The notes: generated from the letters alone by a model not told the origin. A stretch of 32,000 nt of DNA from Acaryochloris marina S15 (GCF_018336915.1 NZ_CP064926.1:30001-62000); one strand, 5' to 3'; positions 16,913 to 25,989 are shown, counted from the stretch's first letter. Made by a program: numbers and translations.

Positions 16913-18242
16913 CAGGGTAAGCGCAAGAAAATCAAGCCTCTGAAAGGCTAGACTGTAAAGGAATAGAAGCGCCTAGAACTTTGAGCATATACGCTTCATC
17001 CATGCTCGCCCGTTTTAGTTTTTGACGGGTACTTTTCTTAAAGGACGTTTCTTGATTGAGAAGGTTGATGCTCCAGCGCCTCAGGATGGCCATGTTTTCC
17101 GGTGCATGTCCTGTGCGAATGCGGCTAGCATCTTCGCCAAAGGTCACATCTAAGACCCAGTGGAGTTGGTTCTCAATCGACCAATGCTGGCGGATGGCTT
17201 TGCCCAACTGCTGAGCATTTGGCGGTAGAGAGCTGATATAAAACATCACCTCATAGGTGGTTTTGTTCCACAAGTGGCGGGTCCGAGCGACCTTGACGAT
17301 GGTTTGCAAGCCCTTCCACTGCGCCTGCTTGTAGAGAGGACCCATCTGTTGAAGGGACACGGCCCAAACTTGTCGTTTCTCGCGACGATGGTGCCCTGCT
17401 TCCACCCGGGCATCATAGCTGTGCTCAATGCACTTAAACTCATTCGCTTCAGCCGTTTCAAACCATTGCTCAACCTGCTCAAACAGCGTGGGATGATTCT
17501 CCTTGAGGGCCAGCACATAGTCAGCCTCTTTAGCTTGAATGTGGCGGGCAATCTCGTGCTGAGTTCCCATTGCATCAATGGTAATAATGCACCCGGCAAT
17601 GTCTAATAGCTCTAGCAGTGCTGGAATAGCGGTAATTTCGTTACTCTTGTCTGCAACTTTGACCTGTCCTAGAAATAACCGATACTCACTGGCCCAAGCA
17701 CTGACCAGATGCAATGCGGATTGGTCTTGATTGCGATCATAGGAACCTCTGAGTTGTTTGCCGTCAATCGGTATCACTTGAGCGCCGAGGGTTGTCACTA
17801 CCTGATCCAACCAGTGATTGAAACTCCGCTCAAAAGCGGAGGGGCAAATACGCTCAAACACTCGTCGATAGGTGTCTGCTGTCGGTATCCCGGACGGTAG
17901 CCTCAGAAAACTCGACAACCAATCTTGATGGCTTAGACCATAGGTTTCAATGTCTTCCCACCCTTGTGCGCCACCTAAACTTGCCAATAGTCCAATCACG
18001 ACGATGCTGACAAACGGATGCTGGACACCTTGGCCTCCACGTGGATCAGGCAAATCTTCAAAACACTCGGACAATTGTTGATAAGCCTGATCGCAATCAC
18101 TGGCAGGCAGGAGTGACGAGGATGAGTCAGTGGAAGCTGGTGAGGAAGGAGGCTTGCTGAATCCTGTAGCCATGGGGAAACCCTTTTAACAGAATGGAGT
18201 TCCAAAGCATATTACAGCTTCATTTTTCTTGCGCTGCCCCTG
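16913..18242 (-). mobile_element. ISAs1-family insertion sequence, copy 2 (1330 bp) with 10-bp target duplication
   Basis: It has the same ends as copy 1. It is flanked by GCCAGGGGGG at 16903-16912 and 18243-18252. Confidence 0.9.
16932..18173 (-). CDS. ISAs1-family transposase, copy 2
   Basis: 413 aa. It differs from copy 1 at three residues: FLSLP/FLRLP, TAETY/TADTY, TFSED/TFGED. Confidence 0.85.
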   Translation of the reverse strand: MATGFSKPPSSPASTDSSSSLLPASDCDQAYQQLSECFEDLPDPRGGQGVQHPFVSIVVIGLLASLGGAQGWEDIETYGLSHQDWLSSFLRLPSGIPTADTYRRVFERICPSAFERSFNHWLDQVVTTLGAQVIPIDGKQLRGSYDRNQDQSALHLVSAWASEYRLFLGQVKVADKSNEITAIPALLELLDIAGCIITIDAMGTQHEIARHIQAKEADYVLALKENHPTLFEQVEQWFETAEANEFKCIEHSYDARVEAGHHRREKRQVWAVSLQQMGPLYKQAQWKGLQTIVKVARTRHLWNKTTYEVMFYISSLPPNAQQLGKAIRQHWSIENQLHWVLDVTFGEDASRIRTGHAPENMAILRRWSINLLNQETSFKKSTRQKLKRASMDEAYMLKVLGASIPLQSSLSEA

Positions 18243-18710
18243 GCCAGGGGGGTTACCCGGAACAATATTTGTAGATACCATAGTAAGTACTCCTGTCAGG
18301 GAGTCAAGAATCACGGCTTGAACGTTTGCAAGATGGGCAGGCCGTGGTTTGCAATTTTAACTAGAAAATATTTCTGTAAAAAACAGAAATGAGCAGGACT
18401 CCTGTCAGGGAACCCTGTTAAGAATCAACTGTTTAAAAGACGATTCAGCAAAGGATTGCCCTTGCCTTTTTCTTTTAAAAATAGTAGAAGAACAGAACTT
18501 AAAAACTTTGGCCTTGAAACCTTAATTTAATTCACTTGCAAGTACTCTAACTCTATCCAGCGAAATACGTCAAAGCTAGCTGTTACAGTCGTTTACAATG
18601 AACAACACTATTCATGCTAGCCAGAACGACCCATTCCTTAAACAGCCTCCACGCTATGCTTTCCAGGATTAGGCAGCTTAGCGAATACAACAGTTCCAGC
18701 ACCTTCCCAA

Positions 18711-18746
18711 GGCTATAGAGTCAATCACCTTACTGACTCTATAGCC
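18711..18746. terminator. 13-bp perfect hairpin followed by a T-rich tract (plus-strand sense), 74 bp beyond the 3' end of the 690-aa gene
   Basis: GGCTATAGAGTCA (18711-18723), a 10-nt loop, TGACTCTATAGCC (18734-18746), then TTTAATAATTT. Confidence 0.4.
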
Positions 18747-18819
18747 TTTAATAATTTCTATAGAAGGTCAATGAAATGCTTATTCTCTAAAATATTGATT
18801 TTAAAGAATAAAAATCTAT

Positions 18820-20892
18820 TCATTTGCCATCACTATCCCTTTCAATATCCATCGAGATTCCAAACAATCTATTCATCGATTTCAAGGTGAACACAGCAGC
18901 TATTTCTGCATAGGGTTGCCATTGTTCTTCTGTCAGTACCCAGTACTCTCCTTCTCTCCAGGAGTAGTCAGTGACTAGCCTGCATCGTTGAGCTGCTCGA
19001 TACCAAGTATCAAATTCTTGTTGTTCACTTTGACGTACAATCCTTTCCTGTGTGGGTTCCTGAGTCTCAAGCAGTTTCAAGGGAAGCTGTTCTAAGTTCA
19101 GGTTTTGTGGGGATGGTTCTGGGACCAAACTCACAGGTTCAACTGGGGATTGCCTTCTTTGTTTCTTCCTCTGCTGGCGCAGCTGTACCACTTCCTGTTG
19201 TCGTCGCTGTTGCTGCTTGGCTTTACCAATTTTGTTCTGTAATCCCGGTGGTAAAGAGAGTTTCAACTGATCCCAATTTTGAATGGGAACGACCTTAGAA
19301 TTTCCCCCCAAACCCCCCTGATCTGGGACTTCGGAATCTGTAAGCGCCACTTTCGCCACCCTTTGGCCTTTGAGGGCCAGGGTGACGGTGGCTTGGATCT
19401 TCATCGTTGTTATTACAAACCCTACATTTATATAGAGTTGTAAAAGATCCTTTAATATCAGTAGTTCCAGCTTTCGCTGGTTTACAAGGTAATGATTGTT
19501 TGACCCTTGTTGTGTAATTTCCCCTTCCTGTATGGGTTCTGGGGGTTTCTGAGGAGTTTCTTCAACTAAATGATGTGGATGCCATAATTCCTTGTTTGAC
19601 CGTCTGTATAAGGTTTTCTGGCTACAGTGGGCTAGCTTTGAGATGGCTTGGGCACGAGCGGTAATTCCAGGGGGAAATTTATCGACTCGCTTCAGTTCTA
19701 AGACTGCTTTTTTGATCCGAGTTTGGGCGGCTTCTCGCTTGCTTTGGTGGTATCCGAAGTCTGCGGGAGCAATTTGTTTGTCGTGGTACTTGGCTTCTCT
19801 GGTGGGAGCTGTGCCGGTGGGCCAGTAATACCGCATGGCCCAGATTGCGACTTCATGACTACGACGCTCTATCTCATGCTGGTGGCGGCAATGCTCATAG
19901 AAGCCGGGGGTGTTCTGGGCAGTTTGGCATACGTATTCTGCTATCTGGTCTTCGGAGTCCATGCCCATAAATACACGGGCTTCGCAGGCGAGGATCTTTA
20001 GTTTCTCGTTGGTTTGGCCTGGGCCTGTCCAGCCTTGGGTTTTCTCTTCATGGATCCGCTCTTGCCAGGTGGCGAGGGAGCTGGCATGGCCTGATTTACG
20101 GACTTTGAAGTTCTGTTGTGCATCTGAGATCGCATGATGGAGACGCCCCATGTCCTGGCCATCGGCGCATAGCTCGAAGGCGTCAAGCCAATGTTCCAGG
20201 GACCAGGGTAGAGGAGTTAGATCGGCGTCGAGGGGATGGAAGCCGCTTCCAGGCTGCATGGGGAGTCGGAAGGCGGCAAAGAGACTAAAGCCTTTGCCTT
20301 TGGGTACATACCGTTTGGGGTTGGGGTAGAGTTCGCACTGCCCTCCATAGAACTTGATGCCGATGGCTTCTAGGTTGAGCTTGATGCAGTTGCTCAGCCA
20401 AAAGCTGCTGACGGTTTCAGGGAGGGGGAGGTATAGATGGAGTCCACTACTGTGGCTACTTTGGCAAAGGAGTGAGCGGCAAATACCAATGTCTTCTAGG
20501 GCATGGCGTATCTGAGGTAGCCATTGAGGATCGCTGGCTGGGTGATAGCGACTGTCTTTGTCGATGTCGAGGACGAGCCAACGGGTTTGGGCACTGGGCC
20601 TAACTCCGATCAGGCACTCAGGGTCTTGGTGATGACTCCACATCTCCACGGGGGAGAGGGGGAATTTCTTGATAGTTGCCCAATCTACTGGATCTCCTGG
20701 CTCTGGGGCAGAGGCAAAGATCCAGTCCCAACCGTTGGGGAATAAGGTAGCCAAATGCTTACCCACTGGATCAGCGGGTAAAGGGTCTTGTGGGCGTCGA
20801 TGAGGTACACGAGATCTATCCTCGTGCCCCATATATGCGGGTTCCGCGTTCACGGCAACCTCCCTATAGGTGTGCGGCGATAGGGAAGCCAC
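18820..20892 (-). CDS. Putative plasmid replication protein with primase-polymerase (AEP)-like N-terminal motifs
   Basis: 690-aa ORF. ..RWLVLDIDKD.. is a DxD-type motif I and ..SSGLHLYLPL.. is an sxH-type motif II, as in prim-pol domains. A Q/R/K-rich linker (..KAKQQQRRQQEVVQLRQQRKKQRRQ..) and a conserved-looking C-terminus follow. There is no Walker A motif. The start is uncertain: GTG 20892, GTG after AGGGAGG, or ATG 20832. Confidence 0.45.
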   Translation of the reverse strand: MASLSPHTYREVAVNAEPAYMGHEDRSRVPHRRPQDPLPADPVGKHLATLFPNGWDWIFASAPEPGDPVDWATIKKFPLSPVEMWSHHQDPECLIGVRPSAQTRWLVLDIDKDSRYHPASDPQWLPQIRHALEDIGICRSLLCQSSHSSGLHLYLPLPETVSSFWLSNCIKLNLEAIGIKFYGGQCELYPNPKRYVPKGKGFSLFAAFRLPMQPGSGFHPLDADLTPLPWSLEHWLDAFELCADGQDMGRLHHAISDAQQNFKVRKSGHASSLATWQERIHEEKTQGWTGPGQTNEKLKILACEARVFMGMDSEDQIAEYVCQTAQNTPGFYEHCRHQHEIERRSHEVAIWAMRYYWPTGTAPTREAKYHDKQIAPADFGYHQSKREAAQTRIKKAVLELKRVDKFPPGITARAQAISKLAHCSQKTLYRRSNKELWHPHHLVEETPQKPPEPIQEGEITQQGSNNHYLVNQRKLELLILKDLLQLYINVGFVITTMKIQATVTLALKGQRVAKVALTDSEVPDQGGLGGNSKVVPIQNWDQLKLSLPPGLQNKIGKAKQQQRRQQEVVQLRQQRKKQRRQSPVEPVSLVPEPSPQNLNLEQLPLKLLETQEPTQERIVRQSEQQEFDTWYRAAQRCRLVTDYSWREGEYWVLTEEQWQPYAEIAAVFTLKSMNRLFGISMDIERDSDGK

Positions 20893-21136
20893 GCATAGAT
20901 TTAAGACACGGTTGCCATTTAAGACAACTTAGGTTTAAAATCAAGGCACAACAAAGCCCAGGAAACCAAAACGCCAGTCGCCAAACAAGCTATAGGTTCC
21001 TGCCCTACCGAAAATGAAATAGGTACGACTTCCTCCCCTTCTGTTCTCAGTTGGGGTTTGGTCGTTTAAAGGGTTAGTTATCTCATATGTCACCTCCTCA
21101 ATCTTTTTTAGTATTAGACTTTAAATACACTGAAAC

Positions 21137-21152
21137 GCTTGATCGATCAAGC
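21137..21152. promoter_or_regulatory. 16-bp perfect palindrome GCTTGATCGATCAAGC upstream of the replication-like gene
   Basis: Read directly. It contains tandem GATC sites and lies about 250 bp upstream of the 690-aa ORF. Confidence 0.3.
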
Positions 21153-21475
21153 ATTCAGGCAATTTAGTTGGGGAGACACACAGCCCAAAACGAGTGGGGA
21201 AGTGTCAAGAATTGTCTCTTAAGTTGGCACTTAAGCAAGATCTAGGACCGCGATAGCTGTTGCTACTGCTGATCACAGGGAAAACTAAGCGAAACTCAAA
21301 TGGGGTTTGATAGCACAGGTCTCGTGGCTAGGAGCCAGGAATCAGGGACTGACTAAAAAAGATACCCTGGAATTAGAAAGTGCTTATCGTGATCCTACAA
21401 CAAAATCTGAATGCCAGAAAGTCAAAACATAAAATTCGCAGTACCTGCTGAGTCAGGTAGAAATTGATAGCGACT

Positions 21476-22961
21476 GGGCGTATTTAGCGGATCGGGGATG
21501 CCTTAGTTTTCGGAATGGTCACCTCTGGGAATAAGGAGTCAAACCGTTCATTGACCCAGGCAATTCTCAAGATCAGTAAATGGTTGAAACCATCCTCACT
21601 CCAGCGCATGCCAACTCCCTTAAAGCGCTGCTGAATCAACCACTTGCATGCACTTTCAACCATTCCTGACCCGAGAGGAATCTGTTGCTGTTCAAAGTGC
21701 CGATAACGGATGTGGTTATGATGGCGTTGGAAATAAGCCTGCACCTGGAGCAACGTTGAAAAAGACTTTCCCGTTAACAGTTGTGAGTGAATCAATATCG
21801 TCAAGGACCGTAATACAAGTAGGTGTTGCCCGTGTCGCAATTGGTGTCGCCAGTGCCGGAACCAGGCTTGGGCTTGAGCAGAGCGGGCATCTCCAAACAT
21901 CGCTTTAGTTGCTCGTGCCAGATGGCCTGCTGAATGAAAAAAGTCGAGGACTGCCACAGCACAATGAGAGAACAAGGTGCGATAGACTCGCCAGAAGCCT
22001 CGTCCCCCATCACTGAGCCAGATGACTTTTGGAGCAGATTCAAAGTCTTGTTTGTGAGCTTCGAGTTGAAGTAAAGGGATGAACTGGTCGATATCGCCCA
22101 ATACTGCCACCAGTCTTCGACGCAGTAATTGGGGGACCTCCTTTTTAGCTCGGGTAACCCGTGTTCCCAGGCGAGCTAAGATGGCGACTTTGACTTCTCG
22201 CCACTGGATTTTTCCCTTGGGTGAGTTCGGGGTGGGGCGAAAGGGGACCATCACACCATCGGCGGCAATGGCCAAAGGTAGAGCAGATAACATCTCTGAA
22301 ATCGCTTCACAAGGGGCCTGAGTCCCTGATGATTGAGCGTTGAGTTGAGCTTCTAATTCCTGCTGAGCTTTGTTACCCACGGATTGCACCCAGTTCCACA
22401 AACTGGATGGACTCACGGATAGACCACTCCACTGACCCAGCATCCAACTGGCCAGTTCATAGGGCATGAACAGACTCAACAAGCAGCCCAGACGCACCAG
22501 TTCTTCGCTGCTGTGCTGATAGGGGGCAATCCCAATGGCTTGATCCAGGGGAGTCAACAGACTGCCTGGACATCCTTTGGGACAACGGCCCACCCGTCGC
22601 TTTCAAGAGATAGTGCCTACCAGTGTCTGCATCTGACGAGATTCCCATCCCTTCGAATGTAAGCGGGTTCCGCAGGTAGTACATACAGGCCATACAAATA
22701 CTGCTTTCGCGCGCCTTGAGAGTTCATCCTCCAGAAGACAGCGAGCTAGAAACAAGCCCATTTGCAGAACGATATAAACCATCTGACTCAGGCTGGTTGA
22801 TACTTTGAGTGCTTCAGTTTGTTCTAGAAATTCGTCATGGGCTAGCACGGTTAGCAATTGCGATGGTAGGGTCATGATAGTTTTTTGGTTCGGGTACAGG
22901 ATCTATTGTCCTTGACCCGTTTTTCTTTGAGCCATGCATCCCCGATCCTTTGCTTACGCCC
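21476..22961 (-). mobile_element. ISKra4-like insertion sequence, copy A (1486 bp) with 9-bp target duplication
   Basis: The terminal IRs are GGGCGTA..GGATCGGGGATGC. It is flanked by ATAGCGACT at 21467-21475 and 22962-22970. The family name is assigned from memory of transposase features and is tentative. Confidence 0.8.
21484..22875 (-). CDS. Transposase (ISKra4-like) as two same-frame ORFs separated by one TGA
   Basis: ORFs 22875-22603 (90 aa) and 22593-21484 (369 aa) are in the same frame. The TGA (22605-22603 on the minus strand) lies inside a Cys-rich segment: ..CTTCGTRLHSKG..GTIS*KRRVGRCPKGC.. Confidence 0.75.
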
Positions 22962-22975
22962 ATAGCGACTTTTTG

Positions 22976-23227
22976 ATGCTATGTCACGTCTATATCGGTT
23001 TTTTTCAAAGGGTTTATAGTCGTAAATCTTTAGAAATATTCTGTATCCCTTTCGGTTCTAAGACCTAAGTTTTTTATCTGGTTAATATAAATATCCTAAA
23101 TGCTAGGTCAAAAGCTAGGTCTGACTCTGGAATCTTAAAAATACTGAAGATTGTAGAAAAATAAAAAGCTATGTCAATGCTATGTCATGAGGATTTATTT
23201 TGAAATGCTAGGTCAAAAGCTAGGTCT
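22976..23227 (+). repeat. Array of ATGCTAGGT / AGCTAGGTC / (A/T)GCTATGTCA motifs 3' of the ParB-like gene pair
   Basis: The 25-bp unit AAATGCTAGGTCAAAAGCTAGGTCT occurs identically at 23098-23122 and 23203-23227. ATGCTATGTCA is at 22976-22986 and 23177-23187, and AGCTATGTCA is at 23167-23176. All are on the same strand. Confidence 0.8.
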
Positions 23228-23242
23228 TGGTCCAACAAAAAC

Positions 23243-24337
23243 CTATAACTTCTTAAACGGCTGATTGGTAACAGACCATGCAATGAGGGCATCCGAGCAA
23301 CGCAAGGGATCAGGTTCAGCACAGTAACAGGGGCATTCCAGTTCATCTATCAAGATAAAAAGAGATGGATCGATCAGGTTAATCATAACTACAGGATCGT
23401 TTGCATCTGTTGTCCCAGACAAGCAGTTTTCTGTAATCGCTCTTAATGTCTCTAAGTGAAAGTCCTCTCCATGCGATGTATAAAAAGACAAGGCATTCAT
23501 AGCATTTTCAGGAATTGCAGGAGGCCATTGATCTCGTGATTCTAAAAAGACTAAAAACACTCCAATCTCAGGAGGCAAGAGTTTTTGAAATTTCATAGAA
23601 GGAGGATCGCCACAAAATAAATAATGTGACTTGCCAAGCTTCCAGACATCACCTTTGTTAACTTTCCCAGGTTGAGTTTCAGCGATTTTTGGAGTAGCTG
23701 TTTTCTTCTTTGTGCGTTTTCGTTTAGGTATTTTTCCCTCTTCCGACTGTGGTCTGTTTCGGATATTTGTTGTGTCCATCTCAAAAGTAGTGCCGCCTCT
23801 AATAGCCATTCGGGTATTAGGATCTATCTCATCTAGTCCATCACTATCTATCTGAGAATAGGTAGCAGACAACTCGCGTCTTACCGTTCCAACAAATTTA
23901 CCGCTTACTCCGCAACGTCTTCCAATCTCTCGGTCACTCCACTTTTTCCATTCACGGTCGCGCACCAGTCTATTAACAGCACGTCTTTTATCTGCGTTCG
24001 TTCTTCTTAGGCCATGTGCTGCATTGGCCCCTACTGAGTGCAGAACGGCATCTCGCAGTTCTCCGGGAAAGACTTCCGCAGAAATTTCCTTCTCGTCAAT
24101 GGCTTCTTTAGCCCGGACCCTATGAAATCCATCAGCTAACCAATAGTCCTTACCGTCATAGTAAATTACGACTGGGGGAAAAGTAGCTCCTTGCTTCATG
24201 TCCTCGGCATAGTCTGCTACCACCTCTTCGTAAAGCTTTGAGCGAGGCTGAGTTCCGCCATCCATGCGAATTTTAGCTATCTCAATTGATTCGATAGAAG
24301 ATTCTGAGGATTCGCTCAGCGGCTTTGGAGAAGGCAT
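23243..24337 (-). CDS. ParB/Srx-fold N-terminal domain protein with HTH-like middle, K-rich linker and degenerate methyltransferase-like C-terminus
   Basis: ..IEIAKIRMDGGTQPR..FPPVVIYYDGKDYWLADGFHRVRA.. is the DGxHR ParB-like nuclease-domain motif. It is followed by ..ANAAHGLRRTNADKRRAV..WSDREIGRRCGVS.., then ..KRKRTKKKT.., then ..GDVWKLGKSHYLFCGD.. Confidence 0.75.
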   Translation of the reverse strand: MPSPKPLSESSESSIESIEIAKIRMDGGTQPRSKLYEEVVADYAEDMKQGATFPPVVIYYDGKDYWLADGFHRVRAKEAIDEKEISAEVFPGELRDAVLHSVGANAAHGLRRTNADKRRAVNRLVRDREWKKWSDREIGRRCGVSGKFVGTVRRELSATYSQIDSDGLDEIDPNTRMAIRGGTTFEMDTTNIRNRPQSEEGKIPKRKRTKKKTATPKIAETQPGKVNKGDVWKLGKSHYLFCGDPPSMKFQKLLPPEIGVFLVFLESRDQWPPAIPENAMNALSFYTSHGEDFHLETLRAITENCLSGTTDANDPVVMINLIDPSLFILIDELECPCYCAEPDPLRCSDALIAWSVTNQPFKKL

Positions 24338-24446
24338 TCAAGTCCTAGCGGTAGATGACAACATACCGTCATAAAAGCATCAAAGCCCATTAGCAACAAG
24401 CAATCCAGAAAATTACAATTATTGTATGAAGTTGCGTAAAGCACTA

Positions 24447-25121
24447 TCAATTCACAGATGATTGTTGATTGATACGGTTATCAATCAACATATCAACCCA
24501 TATTCTCAAAAAATAATCTGAGATTAACGGCCCAAAGGTGGTTGAGTCCATGTTGAGGGCAGAAACTAAGTCAAAATTCTTGGCTACCAATGGTTTTACA
24601 TTGCTTTGTGGTTTCCCAATCTTATTCATCGCAACCACCATATTGTAGAGATCGGTCACTCTCTGCTCTCTTGACATATGCACATGGTTTGCATGGGTTC
24701 CACAATGAATAGCGATTTCTTCATCACTCCATTTTTGCCAGACTGGATGACCAATGAGTTTAAAGACATTCCTATCTAAATCAGCCTGTGTGAGCTTCAA
24801 CTCACTTTCTGTACTGGCTTCCATAGCGTATAACACTGCATCTTGCTGATTCCCTTGCCAGACATCAGCTAAAATTTCTAATTCACCTATGGCTTTCTTG
24901 GCATGAAATCGATGAAAACCATCTACCAGCCAGCGTTTTGACCCATTGTAGAAAACGATTACAGGTGGAAATTTATCTCCTTGGCACATGGCTTCTGCAT
25001 ATTCTTCAACCACATGACTATGCACCTGGCAGCGTGGTTGGACCTCTTCATCAAGCGTGATCAAAGACAGTCTAATTATTTCCAAGTCCTGAAAACCATT
25101 GCTTGATAAGTCTCTCTTCAT
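24447..25121 (-). CDS. Second, more divergent ParB/Srx-fold domain protein (paralogue of 23243-24337)
   Basis: ..LSLITLDEEVQPR..FPPVIVFYNGSKRWLVDGFHRFHA..WQKWSDEEIAIHCGT.. runs parallel to the neighbouring protein. The likely ATG is at 25121 (MKRDLSS); the longest ORF starts at TTG 25139. Confidence 0.7.
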   Translation of the reverse strand: MKRDLSSNGFQDLEIIRLSLITLDEEVQPRCQVHSHVVEEYAEAMCQGDKFPPVIVFYNGSKRWLVDGFHRFHAKKAIGELEILADVWQGNQQDAVLYAMEASTESELKLTQADLDRNVFKLIGHPVWQKWSDEEIAIHCGTHANHVHMSREQRVTDLYNMVVAMNKIGKPQSNVKPLVAKNFDLVSALNMDSTTFGPLISDYFLRIWVDMLIDNRINQQSSVN

Positions 25122-25268
25122 CCACAACTCCAAGGGCAAGGGAAAATCTGGGAGAATTCACAAAATACTCCGTTTTTCTATCAAAGCACAGCAGTTGAAA
25201 GTTCCATATACCCACATAGGATTTATTTACAGTTAAGGAATATTTGACTATGCGGTGGCCTAAAGAAC

Positions 25269-25332
25269 GCTATGTGGATGCTAGGTAGATGCTAGGTTTA
25301 CTCCCCCAACAAATGCTAGGTTAATGCTAGGT
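25269..25332 (+). repeat. Four copies of ATGCTAGGT in 55 bp in the divergent promoter region between the ParB-like gene and the STAND gene
   Basis: ATGCTAGGT occurs at 25278-25286, 25289-25297, 25313-25321 and 25324-25332. A GCTATGTG lies at 25269-25276. All are on the plus strand. Confidence 0.85.
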
Positions 25333-25989
25333 GCAAGTAAAGAATTCAATGAATTTTACTCAAGCGGCAAAGATCGTCAATAGCATCTCTATGCAAGAAA
25401 AAGGACGGAAGCAAACTGAAGCTGAAATCATTGCGCTGAAAGCAGCCTGGGACAAAATTGATTACGCATTAGCGATTAAAAATTCTAAAGCTAACTACAG
25501 CGAGAATTATATACGCAGTGATGCTGGTCGAAAGCTTTGGCTCATGCTGTCTGGGCATTTTGGTGAGAAGATTACCAAAATGTCTCTCAGAAGATACTTT
25601 GAGAGACATCCTGAACTCTTAGATCCTGACAAAAGGAATCGAAAAATCTTAGGAGGGTATCCTCCTGATATTGAAAATTTCTTAGGTCGTCAGAGTGAAG
25701 CAGAAGAACTCAAACAATGGTCGAAGACGATTCAATGTGTATGTATTGATGGGATTGCTGGGATTGGTAAGACCTGTTTAGCAGCAAAAGCGATAAACGC
25801 AATATTCCACCAGCCTTCCCAATTCGAACACTATATTTGGCTACCTGTCCATTACAAACCTAGCCTCAATGAATTACTGGACTCCCTAATAGAGCATTTG
25901 GGGGCTACAAAGGGAGAAGAAACTCAACTAAACCGTAGTTCTATACTCATCCAATATTTACAACGGCACAGATGCCTAATTGTATTGGA

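Larger units (their letters stand above)
16507..18281 (-). pseudogene. Hypothetical gene interrupted at codon ~13 by ISAs1-like copy 2
   Basis: Removing 16913-18242 and one TSD copy joins 18281-18253 to 16912-16507. The result is one ORF: MVSTNIVPGNPPGDDSDPQSAAQLDPSVVQEYRD... An AGGAG Shine-Dalgarno lies 9 nt upstream of the ATG at 18281. Confidence 0.7.

Noticed and set aside
8114-18242. Composite transposon formed by the two direct ISAs1-like copies
   Set aside because: The outer flanks (8104-8113 CCCCCGAAGC versus 18243-18252 GCCAGGGGGG) do not form a target duplication. Copy 2 also has its own private TSD, so the pair did not insert as one unit.
19050-20745. Multiple plus-strand ORFs inside the 690-aa gene (19050-19298, 19592-19828, 19723-20001, 19910-20137, 20524-20745)
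   Set aside because: All are antisense to a long continuous ORF with motif support, and their compositions (Val/Gly/Trp-rich) look like shadow frames.
23243-25139. Calling the two ParB-like genes a standard ParABS partition system
   Set aside because: There is no ParA or other partition NTPase nearby. The proteins have DGxHR rather than the GERRxRA CTPase box. The repeats are direct 9-mers rather than the palindromic parS type.
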